From positions 3,410,001-3,474,000 of the forward strand of contig CM035362.1 in assembly GCA_020137815.1 (NCBI GenBank): a DNA stretch of 64,000 nt, read 5' to 3'. Positions 12,800-24,200 of this stretch are shown here, in pieces. The position numbers and the translations under genes are program-made. Numbering within the stretch: the stretch's first letter is position 1; the number at the start of each line of letters is the position of its first letter. The notes beneath the pieces were generated by a model. That model searched no databases. It was not told where the DNA came from and worked only from the letters and a program-made list of their open reading frames with translations. Origin of the DNA: Hormiphora californensis (lineage: Eukaryota > Animalia > Ctenophora).

Positions 12800-15717
12800 T
12801 GAACAAGACGGGAGGAATTCTGACTCATCTAGAGGATAAGGAATGTGACGTGTGCTTAGTACAGGAGACTTATCTAAAAGCTACGGATACAGCGAAGATC
12901 AGGGAAATACAGGATAATGGATGGCAGGTATTCTCTAGTCCAAGGAGTGAGAGAGCTGGTGGTGGCATTGGCGTTTTCTATAGGGACGGAGTAGTGGTCA
13001 AACGAGCACCTGTTAAAGACAAGTTCAAGACCTTTCAGGTCCAGGAAGTCCTTATTGGAGGAGATGATGATCTTGTGAGGCTCTGTAATATATACAGACC
13101 CCCCTACAATGGAAAGGCTCGGTATACAGAGGCAAATTTTCTGGAAGAGTTTAATGGATATATATCGAACCTTCTCATGAAAACAGGAAATCCGATGATC
13201 ATGGGAGACTTCAATTTCCAGGTTCAAGACTCAGGCAACTTTTATGCGAGGAAGCTTCTTCACCTTTTGGACTCATTTGACTTTGTGCAGAATGTACCAT
13301 CAGTTCCGACTCATGTGAGGGGAGGAACTCTGGATCTGATGATCTGTCAGCGTGATTTTCTCACTAAACTGGAAAACGTGCAAGTCTTTCCGGATGGAAC
13401 GTTGTCAGACCATTTCTTGGCTACAGTGGACCTAAAGCTCTCTACCCCTGGAGATGATTATAGGACGTGGAGGAAGATGTACAGCTACAGAGATTTTAAT
13501 TCGGTTGATCCAGAGGAATTCAGACGTGCTCTCCAGGAAGTTTGTCTTCGGGTTCCAGATGGGTGTACTGCAGAGGAGGCTTTGAGGATCTATGATAGTG
13601 CGTTAGAGGAGGTGGTGAGGAAACTGGTACCGATGAAGAGAAGGAAGGAAGTAAAGAGTGTTAAGTTGTGGAGGGAGAGACAAGATGTTCGGGAGGCACT
13701 AAGGGAGAGGAGGAGAGCAGAAAGGGCTTGGGAATCTAACAAGACAGGACTCAACAAGATACAGTACAAGGAACTACAGAGGCGTTTTGAAAAGATTGAT
13801 AAGCAGGCGAGGATGGAATTTTCCCGGAAGCAGCTTGAGGAGGTTAAAGATGATCCTGCAGCGCTGCAGAAGAGGCTAGGTCGTCTAATTGGAAAGTCTG
13901 AAACTGTTCTGCCAGGAGGAGTGTCAGACGGAAAGTTGGCAGGGGATTTTGCAGAGTTCTTCAGTGGGAAGATTGAGAAGATTCGGACAGCGGTTCGGGA
14001 TGAGCAAGAGGAAGGTTCTGAGGAGCTCACTGTGGATTCTCTGCCTGCGCCTACCTGTACTCTAACCAAGTTTGAGGAAATCAGAGTTAATGAATTAGTT
14101 CGGGTTGTCAAGGAAATGTCATCGAAGTCTTGTGATCTGGACCCTATTCCGACCTGGTTGGTGAAAGACTGCCTTGAAGAACTAGCGCCGATCCTGACGA
14201 ACATTATCAACAAATCCCTTCTACGATCTACTGTTCCAGATATTATGCAGAAAGCATTGGTGATGCCAACGATAAAGAACCCCAATGGGGACACTGATTT
14301 ATTTTCGAACTACAGGCCGGTTTCTAACATATCGTTTGTATCGAAGGTACTGGAGAAAGTTGTGCTCAATCAGTTAAACTCATACCTATGGATGAACGAC
14401 CTACTCAATGCAGACCAATCTGGGTATAGGGCGGGGCATAGTTGTGAAACACTGCTTGCTGGAATGTTTGATGACCTGTTGAAGGATTTGGATTCTGGCA
14501 AAGTATCGGCCCTTCTGCTGCTTGACATGAGTGCGGCTTTCGATACTGTGGATCATTCGAAGCTGATTGGAATTTTGGAGGCAAGGTTTGGGGTAAGAGG
14601 ATCTGCGCTTGAATGGTTTAGAAGCTACCTTAGCAAAAGGACTTTTAAAGTGAATGTTCGTGGGGAACTCTCGGCGGCGATTGCACTAATCTGTGGAGTC
14701 CCACAGGGGTCCCTTCTTGGACCTGTTTTATTCTTGCTGTACATTGAGGAACTTCAGGATATTGTTCGTCCCTATGGCCTAAAGATCAAACTGTATGCAG
14801 ATGACTCTCAGATATACTTTGGACTGGTTCCGAGTGATGCAGAGGGGTGGAGTTCCAGTAAAAAGACCCTAGAGGATTGTCTCAAGAATGTCAAAACATG
14901 GATGGTTAACCATGGACTTAAGTGTAATGAGGACAAGACGGAGTTTCTACTGTTGGGAAAGACAAGCTCCTTGGAAAAGATGGCATTTGATCCAGAGATC
15001 CAGTTTGGAGGTTCGGTGGTCAGGCCTATGGAATGTAAGGGGACGACAGGAAAGACCCTTGGTGTTCTCATGGACCATCAGTTGACTCTTGAGAGACAGA
15101 TATTCAATGTTAAGAAACAGTGTGGCCTTATGCTCAAGAACTTGTGGCAGGTCAACAAGTGTCTTGACAAAGATACCAAGATTATGTTGGTCAAGCAACT
15201 GGTCATTTCCCGGATTGATTACTGCAACATCCTTTACTATGGACTACCTAAGAGGATATTGAGGTATCTTCAGAAGACCCTGAATTCTTGTGTGCGTTTC
15301 ATTTTCAATCTAAAGGGACATCAGGATGACTACACAGAATACTACAAGGAGGCACACATTCTACCTATTGAGCAGAGGCTGACTTTCAAGGCATGTCTTT
15401 TGGCGTACAAGATTGTACGAGGCACTGCACCCAAGTATCTGATGGACCTGGTCCCTCGTGATGACAATCCTGAACCTGTAAAACCTACCCGATCTACCTC
15501 AGTTCCAGATTTCTTCAGGTTGAAATATCCAAAGCTCTCAAGTGTAAATGCGAATTCTAAGTTAAGAAGGAGGAGGATCTCTGTATTCCTGCCGGAAGTG
15601 TGGAACTCCCTGCCATTGGAGTTAAGGTCTGTTCACCCTGTTGAACTCTTCAAGACAAGGCTTAAGACCCGGCTATTTAAGGAAGCTTTCGTTGATCCAG
15701 AGAGCAGTAGCACCTGA
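12799..15717 (+). CDS. LINE ORF2: APE endonuclease + reverse transcriptase (frame open from 12709)
   Basis: APE motifs LVQET, GDFN, TLDL, SDH. RT motifs NYRPVS, LLDMSAAFDTVDH, GVPQGSLLGP, YADD. The C-terminal SRIDYCN motif is typical of the L2 clade. Confidence 0.97.
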   Translation: MNKTGGILTHLEDKECDVCLVQETYLKATDTAKIREIQDNGWQVFSSPRSERAGGGIGVFYRDGVVVKRAPVKDKFKTFQVQEVLIGGDDDLVRLCNIYRPPYNGKARYTEANFLEEFNGYISNLLMKTGNPMIMGDFNFQVQDSGNFYARKLLHLLDSFDFVQNVPSVPTHVRGGTLDLMICQRDFLTKLENVQVFPDGTLSDHFLATVDLKLSTPGDDYRTWRKMYSYRDFNSVDPEEFRRALQEVCLRVPDGCTAEEALRIYDSALEEVVRKLVPMKRRKEVKSVKLWRERQDVREALRERRRAERAWESNKTGLNKIQYKELQRRFEKIDKQARMEFSRKQLEEVKDDPAALQKRLGRLIGKSETVLPGGVSDGKLAGDFAEFFSGKIEKIRTAVRDEQEEGSEELTVDSLPAPTCTLTKFEEIRVNELVRVVKEMSSKSCDLDPIPTWLVKDCLEELAPILTNIINKSLLRSTVPDIMQKALVMPTIKNPNGDTDLFSNYRPVSNISFVSKVLEKVVLNQLNSYLWMNDLLNADQSGYRAGHSCETLLAGMFDDLLKDLDSGKVSALLLLDMSAAFDTVDHSKLIGILEARFGVRGSALEWFRSYLSKRTFKVNVRGELSAAIALICGVPQGSLLGPVLFLLYIEELQDIVRPYGLKIKLYADDSQIYFGLVPSDAEGWSSSKKTLEDCLKNVKTWMVNHGLKCNEDKTEFLLLGKTSSLEKMAFDPEIQFGGSVVRPMECKGTTGKTLGVLMDHQLTLERQIFNVKKQCGLMLKNLWQVNKCLDKDTKIMLVKQLVISRIDYCNILYYGLPKRILRYLQKTLNSCVRFIFNLKGHQDDYTEYYKEAHILPIEQRLTFKACLLAYKIVRGTAPKYLMDLVPRDDNPEPVKPTRSTSVPDFFRLKYPKLSSVNANSKLRRRRISVFLPEVWNSLPLELRSVHPVELFKTRLKTRLFKEAFVDPESSST

Positions 15718-17039
15718 GTCATCTCGTCTTTGGGTCACTGGTTCTGTTCTGGTCTGGGTTTAGTGTTCCCCTTGGGCAGACGTTTATTTAGACAGTGTTA
15801 TTCCTCATTACATTTACCGGGCTTGCAGTAATAGCTGCTGACTTTTTAATAGCTTTGAGAGCTGCTGTCTTTGAGTAGCATGAGAGCTGCTGACTTTGTA
15901 ATTTAGCTTATTCAGTGTGAGAGCATTTTTATGCCTATCTAAGTTGGTTCGTATTTTATGAGGCCCGTATTTTCATCAATAAAAGTCTATCTATGGTGTG
16001 TTTAAATCCAGATTTTAATAGTGTGTGTCATAAGTAAGGAAGGTGTCATAATTTAGGTATACCGCTCTGACGCTGAGCAGTGTCAGTCAAAATTCAGTTT
16101 GCTGGCCCTGTTTTGCCTGGGCGGTATACAAAAACTTATATTATTATTATTATTAGAGATAAAGTTTCTTAGATATAAGATTGGACAAAGTGAGAAGTTT
16201 CTAAGAGATTAGGGGTGGTCAAAGTGGGAAAGTTTCTTAGAGTTTAGGTTGGTCAAAGTAGGAAAGTTTCTTAGATATAAGATGGGTCAAAGTGAGAAGG
16301 TTTCTTAGAGATTAGGTGGGTCAAAGTGGGAAGGTTTCTTAGAGATTGGAAAAGTTTCTTAGAGATTGGGAAAGTTTCTTTGAGATTAGATGGGTCACAG
16401 TGGGAAAGTTTCTTTGATATTAGGTGGGTCAAAGTGGGAAAGTTTCTTGGAGATAAGATGAGTCAAAGTGAGAATGTTTCTTAGAGATCAGATGGGTCAA
16501 AGTGGGAAAGTTTCTTGGAGATAAGATTAGTCAAAGTGAGAAGGTTTCTTAGAGATCAGATGGGTCAAAGTGGGAAAGTTTCTTAGAGATGTGGATTGAG
16601 GTGGGTCAAAGTTGGAAAGTTCTTAGAGATTAAGCCAAAAAAATAATTTTTGATATTTGGTTCTGCCCGAAGAGCCGGACCAGATGGACTACTCAATAAG
16701 TGCCTTTGCTCACAATATTTATCTTCTTACCGTATATTTCAGTTTCAGACCAAAATGGGTTTTCATTACCGTTTTCCCACTATAAGCAAAGTGGATAGAC
16801 TGCAAGTCATGAGACCATAAAACTGGTTCTAATCTGATAGAGTATTGGCCTGACCCTATTCTCTCGGAGCGTGCGATAACCATGGTCAGAGCATGACAGA
16901 TTTGATCAGCCATTGTGCAAGCCCAGTAAAGCAGTACCACGCACCAGGTAGGCTTCATATATCCTTGTTCCCATAACCATTTTGAGAATTCAGTTCCATT
17001 AGATAACTTATTGTAACAAGTGTACTGTAGTTGGTTGCC

Positions 17040-18298
17040 ATGGGGGACGGACAGCACTGTGGTGCTGAGTATCAAATAGATGAAGAAGCGATGGACGAAC
17101 GACTACAGGTAGGGGGATCTTCTGTCAGAGCATTGGGGGAAAACAGTCGTGCCTGAACCTCAGGTCAAGTGCACTGCTATTTTTCACTGAGATCTCAGGT
17201 TTCAGTGACGGCTATTCCCTGAAATTTAAGGCAACAGCCGTCACTGAAACCTGAGATCTCAGGTCTCAGTGAAAATAGCAGTGCACTTGACCTGAGGTTC
17301 AGGCACGACTGTTTCCCCCAATGGCCTGACAAGAGATCTTCTTCCTAAGGGTGCGGAGGTGTTAAAGGAAACCAAGCGACTATCGTCAATGCGGTGTGGT
17401 CGACACTAAACTAAATAGTTCATTGTTATCCCTACAGGCACTGAACGACAAGATTCTGGAGGCTCTGAAAGCTGAGCCTGAGATTGTCCACCAGGACTCA
17501 GTGCCCTCTCTCCTCACTCCCATTGGTGTCATTGATTCTCTCTACTCCATGCTTGATATCCTACATCAAGTCTTTACAGGTAAGCGGTAAATGTTAAGCA
17601 TTCTCACAAATATGGTTAACATTGTTAACCATATATCTGTGAGAATATACCGCACGTTTTTTACCATAACTCAGCAACTTCTTGTCCAATTTAAAACCCA
17701 TGCAGGTGCGGGTATTTCCTATTGGTTGAGTTATGGATCCCTGCTGGGGTACTCCAGACATGGGGGAATTATCCCCTGGGACGATGATATAGATGTGTGT
17801 GTAGCAGAGGAGGACAGAGACAAGATCTGGGCTCTTCAGGAGCAGTTTCAGGATCATGGCATGAAAATAGAGCGACATATTGAGAATGAGGGTGGGGTAG
17901 TGATAGCATCAAACAAATGTTTAGCCATCACAAAACCACACACTGGTGACGGCAGGGATCTCAGAGGCTTGTTCATAGACGTGTTCTTCTATTCCACAAA
18001 CACTGATTCAATACACCTTTCCATGACGTACGGCGGGGAGCCAGCTACCTACAACCTTGATCACATTAACCCAATACAAGAGGTACAATTTGGTCCGATC
18101 AGAGCATGTGTTCCCGCCAACCCAGAGGCAATCAACAGGCTGGTATTTGGGGAGGATTGTATGAGGATCGCTAGATCTGGATTCTTCAACCACATGGCTG
18201 AAGGAGAGTACAACAGACTCATTACGAGACAGAGAGTGTTCGATCCTACAGATTACCTTGGAGTCCCTGCAAAGACCAATTATTCGCATAACAAGTAA
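17040..18298 (+). CDS. licD: LicD-family nucleotidyl/phosphotransferase, join(17040..17108,17438..17579,17706..18298), ~267 aa
   Basis: GCCATGG start and phase-consistent GT-AG introns. LicD signature [41 protein letters not shown], followed by IDVF and [12 protein letters not shown]. Confidence 0.88.
17116..17338. mobile_element. Hairpin MITE in LicD intron 1
   Basis: CATTGGGGGAAAACAGTCGTGCCTGAACCTCAGG... is mirrored by ...CCTGAGGTTCAGGCACGACTGTTTCCCCCAATG, with ~90-bp arms. Also present in copy 2 (~28300-28505). Confidence 0.8.
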
Positions 18299-18384
18299 AC
18301 AACCAATCAGAACTCGTTATATAGGTCACGTGACTGGTTATCAGCCAATCAGGGACTAGTATTTCCTGATTCGGTCGGTTCCTG
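18291..18384 (+). mobile_element. Abundant ~105-bp interspersed repeat (TIR CAGGAACCGAC; CCAATCAG-CACGTG-CCAATCAG core)
   Basis: Further copies at ~29456-29541(+), 44015-44108(-), 52268-52355(+), 52820-52924(-), 53671-53772(-), 60855-60926(+), 62324-62432(+) and 63228-63314(+). Confidence 0.9.
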
Positions 18385-18743
18385 TCGCATGCTATATTAA
18401 CACTATCTAACAATGTTTAGTTAGTCGTCTAGACGCCGTTCCAACGCCATTTTATATAGTCTAATTCTATACGGATTTTGACTTAGACGAATTGTGTTTT
18501 GAGCGTGTGTTTTATTCTAAATGTAATGCGTTCCACTGTTCCAACTATAAATGTTTTAAAATCTTTATTTCTCTTTTCCTTCTAGTCCTATGGGGATTAT
18601 AGTTTTGAATACGCTAGACTTCTAGTTCCAAGCCCAACTCTTGGTCAATGATATTGATTTTCCGAACCCTTGAACCCCTGAAATCTACCAGCACCAAACC
18701 GTCAGTTCTTGTTGAGTCAGTTTCCCTTCACCCTGCACTCATA

Positions 18744-19151
18744 TTTTTTTCCCCGCCCGGGTGAAGGCCGAAGGCCTTCACCCGGATATGCCTTTTGCAA
18801 AAAGGCATAGGGGTTTAGAAATCTAAACGGATATAGTGACTATGTGTTATAGCAAGTCAGCTCTCTTGTCCCGTTTCAGGTTGCGAGGGGCAACATGTAG
18901 CAACTAGAGCCGCGCACACAACAACAACCTGCTCCTTCATAAACCAATTCATTGACACGTTTTCAGGAATTGTGTGCCGCGCAATTCCGCAATGTGGCGC
19001 GCAATTTAGTGCTACTAAAACACAAGGATTTGTTCTATACTGTTTGCTTGATTTATAAATGATCCGAAATGTCTGTCCCGCCTTTGTGTTAGAAATGAAA
19101 GGTTGGCGGGGAAACATAGCATTGTGAAACATAATGCATTAAATTCTTGTT
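18744..19151 (+). mobile_element. Helentron-associated non-autonomous element (HINE/DINE-1-like)
   Basis: 5' T-run and subterminal IR TTTCCCCGCC(18748)/GGCGGGGAAA(19105). 5' hairpin CCGGGTGAAGGCC-GAA-GGCCTTCACCCGG, 3' hairpin GCATTGTG-AAA-CATAATGC, and TTCTTGTT end. No TSD; absent at a T-run in copy 2 (~30961). Confidence 0.75.
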
Positions 19152-19157
19152 AGATAA

Positions 19158-20040
19158 GTCGGCTTGACTATTGCAACATCCTATACGCTGGATTGCCAAA
19201 GAAGCTTCTTGAAAGCCTTCAGAGGACATTGAACTCGTGTGTGAGGTTCATCTATAACCTTCATGGACACCAAGATGACTATCCTCAGTGTCTTAAGGAC
19301 ACCCATATCCTTCCTATGGAGCAGCGTGTGGAGTTCAAGGCATGTTTGATGGCGTTTAAAATTGTTCATAACCTAGCCCCGGATTATCTCTGTGACCAAG
19401 TACCAGTTGAAGACTTGGAGGCTGTTCGAACCACTCGTGGAACTGCAACGCCTGATCACTACAAGCTTAAGTACCCTAAGCTTTCTAGTATTAATGCCAA
19501 CTCCAAGTTGAGAAGGAGGAGACCGTCTGTTTTCCTACCTGAAGTGTGGAATGAGCTCCCCCTGGAGCTTCGATCAGTTGAGTCAGTGGATCTGTTCAAG
19601 TCGTGGTTAAAGACAAGATTGTTTGTGGAAGCATTCGGAGCCAACTGAGGATGAGGTTCCTTGTTTCTCCTGCTTTCATCAGGTATTTCGCCTAGCTTGT
19701 ATTTATTTTCTTTTGGTTCTGTTTTACCGCTCATGGTAAGGTTTTTATTGGCGTTTTACAGCATTTTTTTCGAGTGAAGCACGAGTGGAAGTTATATTTA
19801 CAGACATTTTCTACCATCTAATGTGGACGTTTTTCAATCTATATCAGTCTGTTATCTCATCTGGACAGTTATGTGAGCCGAGAGTGTTTAATTCAGTTTA
19901 ATTCAGTGTTTTGGGCCTACCATTTTTTGATATACGTCTTAAAGTAACCGCTCAGATCGCCTCTCAGTGTCAGTGTCAGTTCTACTACCCTGGCCCTGTG
20001 AGGTAAGGGCGGCATATAAATAGACATATTATTATTATTA
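19158..20040 (+). mobile_element. 5'-truncated L2/CR1-group LINE (second family)
   Basis: Encodes SRLDYCNILYAGLPKK...WNELPLELRS..F.EAF, homologous to the ORF2 C-terminus. (ATT)n tail; 8-bp TSD TTAGATAA at 19150-19157 and 20041-20048. Confidence 0.93.
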
Positions 20041-21299
20041 TTAGATAATTTAGAAGGTAAATGTCCACATTGAGAGAAATGACTAAGGAATGGGGAAGCC
20101 GGAAGAAGGAAGTGTCCAGCTGGGGTACTCAAGGCTATCCGCTAAACTGCATCTAACCCTTTGGAGACGATTGGGTCACATGCACTTGTGATCTTTTTAG
20201 ACCATGTTCCTTTTCCAAGTAGGTTCAAAGTAAGTGTCTCCAGAAAGTTTTTGAGAATTCTGTCCTGGTCCATAGGTGGCTTATCGTCCCCAAAGGGTTG
20301 ACAAAATAACAGCTCTATACTTCTAGTGGAGCATGGGATTGGGTCCACTGCATCAATGCAAATGTGAGTTAATTTTTGCACTAATTATTTGGTCACGACA
20401 ATGTAAGAGCTAGTCTATCGATTATAAAGTGTGACAGTGCTAACTTGTTAGGTACTGGTTCCCCTTCGAGTCTGGATTTTAAACCAGTTTTTCTGATAGA
20501 GAGGAGGAGGACGGACAGAGAGAGTCGACGGAGGCAGACCGAGAGGAGGAGAGGGGGAGGAGAGAGAATGCAGAGAGAGAGAGCGAGAAGGAGAGAGCGG
20601 AGCATAGAGAGAGAAGAGAAAGGAGAAAGAGAGAGAGAGAAGAGCGAAAGAGAGAAAGAGAGAGAATTATGCAGCTGGATGGGGGCGCGGAAAAGCGCTG
20701 AATACACTCGCCTTCGCCACAATCAAGTTTCCGCATCTCTCCTCCATTTGTCAAATTATGGGAGAGAATGCCAGGCTCCCTGCATGGAGAGAAATGAGAG
20801 AGATAAGTAGAAATGGCAGAGGGAAGAGGAGAAGGTAAAGAGAAAGATTGGAAGAGAGAACAAGAATCCTAAGCTCCTGCTGAGATTTAGAGGCATTGCG
20901 TTTATTGCCTGAGGAGTAACTATTTACCAGGCTAATATAGTGTAATCAAGCCAGGTTTATAAAATAGTAAATACCCAAAGGACTAACGATAAGTACGAAA
21001 ATTCCATCCCTAAAATACGGAATAATAGGAGAATAGAAAGTTATTCGAAACAAAACCTAATCCACGAAAATAACTTAAATGTCCGAAAGTATGTCCTAAC
21101 CAACTCAGTTGCCCCTCCAGTTACTTCGTTCAACATTCATGATGTTGGAACAAAAGTAATTGGGAGCATTGATCAAATTAATCGAAAAAAGGACAAATGC
21201 TGCAGCTTTGTTTAAATCAGCTAACAAAACGCTACATTTCCTACATATTCAGACGCATCCCTGGATCCAGATTCACATGGGTGAGATTAAGAAAGTTTA

Positions 21300-24200
21300 G
21301 AGATTTGGGGGGGGTTCAAAGTGGCAAAGTTCTTCGAAATTAGGATGGGTCAAAATGATAGTTTCTTAGAGATTAGGTGGCGTAAAATGTGAGAAAGTGG
21401 GCAAGTGGAAAAGTTTCTTAAACATTAGATGGGTCAAAAGGAGAATGTTTCTTGAATAATGCGTTTCTAGAGATAAAGATTTCTTAGAGATAAATTTCTT
21501 ATGACATAAAGTTTCTAGAGAAAAGATCAAAGGTCAAAGTGAGAAGGTTCTTAGAGATTTAGGTTGGTCAAAGGCAGAAAGATGGGTCAAAGTGGAAGTC
21601 TTAGGAGTTGCGGAAATTTTAAAGTAGAAAGTTTCTTAAAGAAGATTTGGCCAAAGCTGAGAAGTTTCTAAGAGAGTAGGTGGGTCAAGTGAGAAAGGCG
21701 GTCAAAGTGGAACCGCGAAAAGTTTCTTAGAGTTTGCGGAAAGTCAAAGATGCGGAAAGTTTCATTAGCAGATAAAGTTATTCTTAGAGATAAGATGGTT
21801 CAATGAGAAGTTATGGTTTCTTAACCTTTAAGGCGAGAAGGATTGGCTCGATAGATTTTTACTAATTTTCGTTTATAAGTAGATATTATTACCACAAAAC
21901 TACCTCGAAAAAGAAATTTTTTGAAGTAAGATTTCGACATGCTAGTTTTTGCTAGGCCCACTGTGTCATATATGACTCTACGTCCGCTAAGGCGCGAAAT
22001 TCTAGTAACAAATGTATTTGGTGGCAAAAGTATGGTTCCAATAGTCAATTATCTTTAGGCCAGTTTATAGCTATAATTTCTACATCACTTGAACGCGTTT
22101 TTACTAGAAAAATACCCCAATTCTACATTTTATGCATATATAGACTCTATCGTACCCAATTGTCGTAAATTCTCCAAAAAATCCATAACTCGCGGCTAGA
22201 AAAGCGAGCGCTAGAGAGAGTCAAATCAGCGCGCACTAAACTGTTGTAGAATCCATCGCATTAGTGCCGGGGTAGGAGACATATTAGGTCGCTATCTCTG
22301 CCCCCTAATTGAGATAATTGGATAAATAGCCAATTATCTTGTTCCACGCCCATGCCTAATAAATGAAATTGCTTTGAACCGGGGGAAGGAGTTATGGGCA
22401 AATGGGGGCCATAAAAATGTTCTTAGAAGAATTCACATATGCTGGGGGTTAGAGCACATATTTAGGTCTCATCTGGACCCCTAATGCAGGGGATAAATGG
22501 ATAAATTAGACCTAGAGATAGTTGCCCCTCAGCGCCATAAAAAACATCTAAATTTAGGCGAGAGTATTATACAAGACAAAGGAGGGAGCGGACTTAAAAG
22601 TGTGCTAAAATCGTTCTCGCCTTAGTGCGGGCCCCCAGAGCACATAGCCGAGTTTCTATCCCGCCTCCTAATTGAGCATAATTGGATAATTAAGCTAATT
22701 GACGGCTTGCCATATGCCCCTTTTCACCATTTTATACCGTGGTTTCTGGCTAATCATTGAGCTCTTTTGTTCAATACTAAGGCTCTTTTGGCATCCTTTA
22801 CTTCCATTGTATCACCTTTGACTCGTTTTCGTTTACACAATAATATAGCACTCTATACAACCTAGACGCCGACCCATTCAGCCTCTGTACAACCCCCTTG
22901 CTTCATCTTACTCCTAGCTAGACTCTCACACCCATACTAAACGCCCTTCTACAGATCATCTTTATTTTCCGATGCCAGAGATCTAGAAGTTTCCCTTAGT
23001 GGACAAATGAGATTGTTGAGAGTTGATCGAAGGAGAAATATTCGCTCAGAACAACGGGCGAATCTAAACTGGGTGCTCCAATATAAAAGCCACGGAAACT
23101 GTTAGTACATTAGGGGTGAACGTTGTAGGGCAATAGGATATCCAAAAAAATCGGTTAGGAAGGTGTAGGGATCTCGAAATTATGAGAGGTCTAGGATTAA
23201 GCAAGAGGGTTCTAAAGAGCTGAAGGGCGGTGTCACTAGGGTTGTATAGAGTGACACTTATTTATATTAGTGTTGTAAAACGCAAGGCAAAGGTGATACA
23301 GATGGAGTATTGAAGTTAAAGGATGCCGTCGAAGCGGCCTTAGATTGAACAAAAGAGCAGGATTAGCCAGAACCACGGTTATGCGTGACAAAAAGAGGCG
23401 CATTATGCCAACCGTCAATTAGCCCTAATTATCAATTATCTCAATAGGGAAGCGGGGAAATAGCAAAACTCTGCTATGTGCTCTGCCCCCACTTAAGCGA
23501 CGATTTTACACTTTTAGTAGCCCCATTTGTCTTGTATACTCCGCCAAATTTAATTTTTTTAGCGCTGGAGTGGCAACAACTAATCAGCTAATTATGCCCA
23601 ATATTCAATTAGGGGTCCTCGCATAGAGACCTAAATATGTGCTCTAACCCCACTAATGCTGATGCATTCTGACACAATTTAGTCCCCCCCATTTGCAGCT
23701 CATTAACTCCTCCCAAGATAAGTTTCATTTATTAGCATGCGCGGACAGATAATCGCATAATTATCCAAAATTATCTCAATTAGGCGGGCAAGATAAGCGA
23801 CCTAAATGTGCTCTACCCCCACTAATGCGATGATTTAACAGTTTAGTGCCCTGATTTGACTCTTTAGCTCCTTTCCTAGCCACGAGTATAACGGATGTTT
23901 TTGCGAGAATTTACCAATTGGCGATTAGAGTCTATATGATACAAAAATGTAGAATTGGTGGTGGTATTTCTCTAGTCTAAAAACCGTTCAAGATTGTAGA
24001 ATTTTAGCCTAAATAGACGACCTCAAGCATAAAATTTGAAATTGGACCCATTAAATTTCGCACAAATGACATTGTTACTAGAATTGCCCTTAACGGACGA
24101 TAGAGTCATATATGATACAACGACTAAAACGTTAATAACTCATTCATTTTCATATTTTTTGCCATGCGAGTTTTTTTTGCATTCGATTTGTTATGTCAAG

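Larger units (their letters stand above)
11295..16154 (+). mobile_element. Full-length non-LTR retrotransposon, L2/CR1 group
   Basis: Abrupt satellite boundaries, ~190-nt 5' UTR, two intact ORFs, 3' stem (GTATACCGC...GCGGTATAC) and (ATT)n tail. Absent at the homologous site of the second copy (~26385-26450). Confidence 0.97.
4810..16632 (+). repeat. Satellite array (16-bp TTAGAGATAA(A/G)GTTTC monomer plus ~34-bp TTAGAGATTAGGTGGGTCAAAGTGGGAAAGTTTC variant), interrupted by a LINE at 11295-16154
   Basis: Hundreds of tandem monomers. The marker GATGAGCATTGAGG recurs at 7244, 8273, 9222 and 10411. Confidence 0.97.

Noticed and set aside
13590-14294. 234-aa antisense ORF inside LINE ORF2
   Set aside because: Ser/Leu-rich shadow of the sense codon bias, with no motifs.
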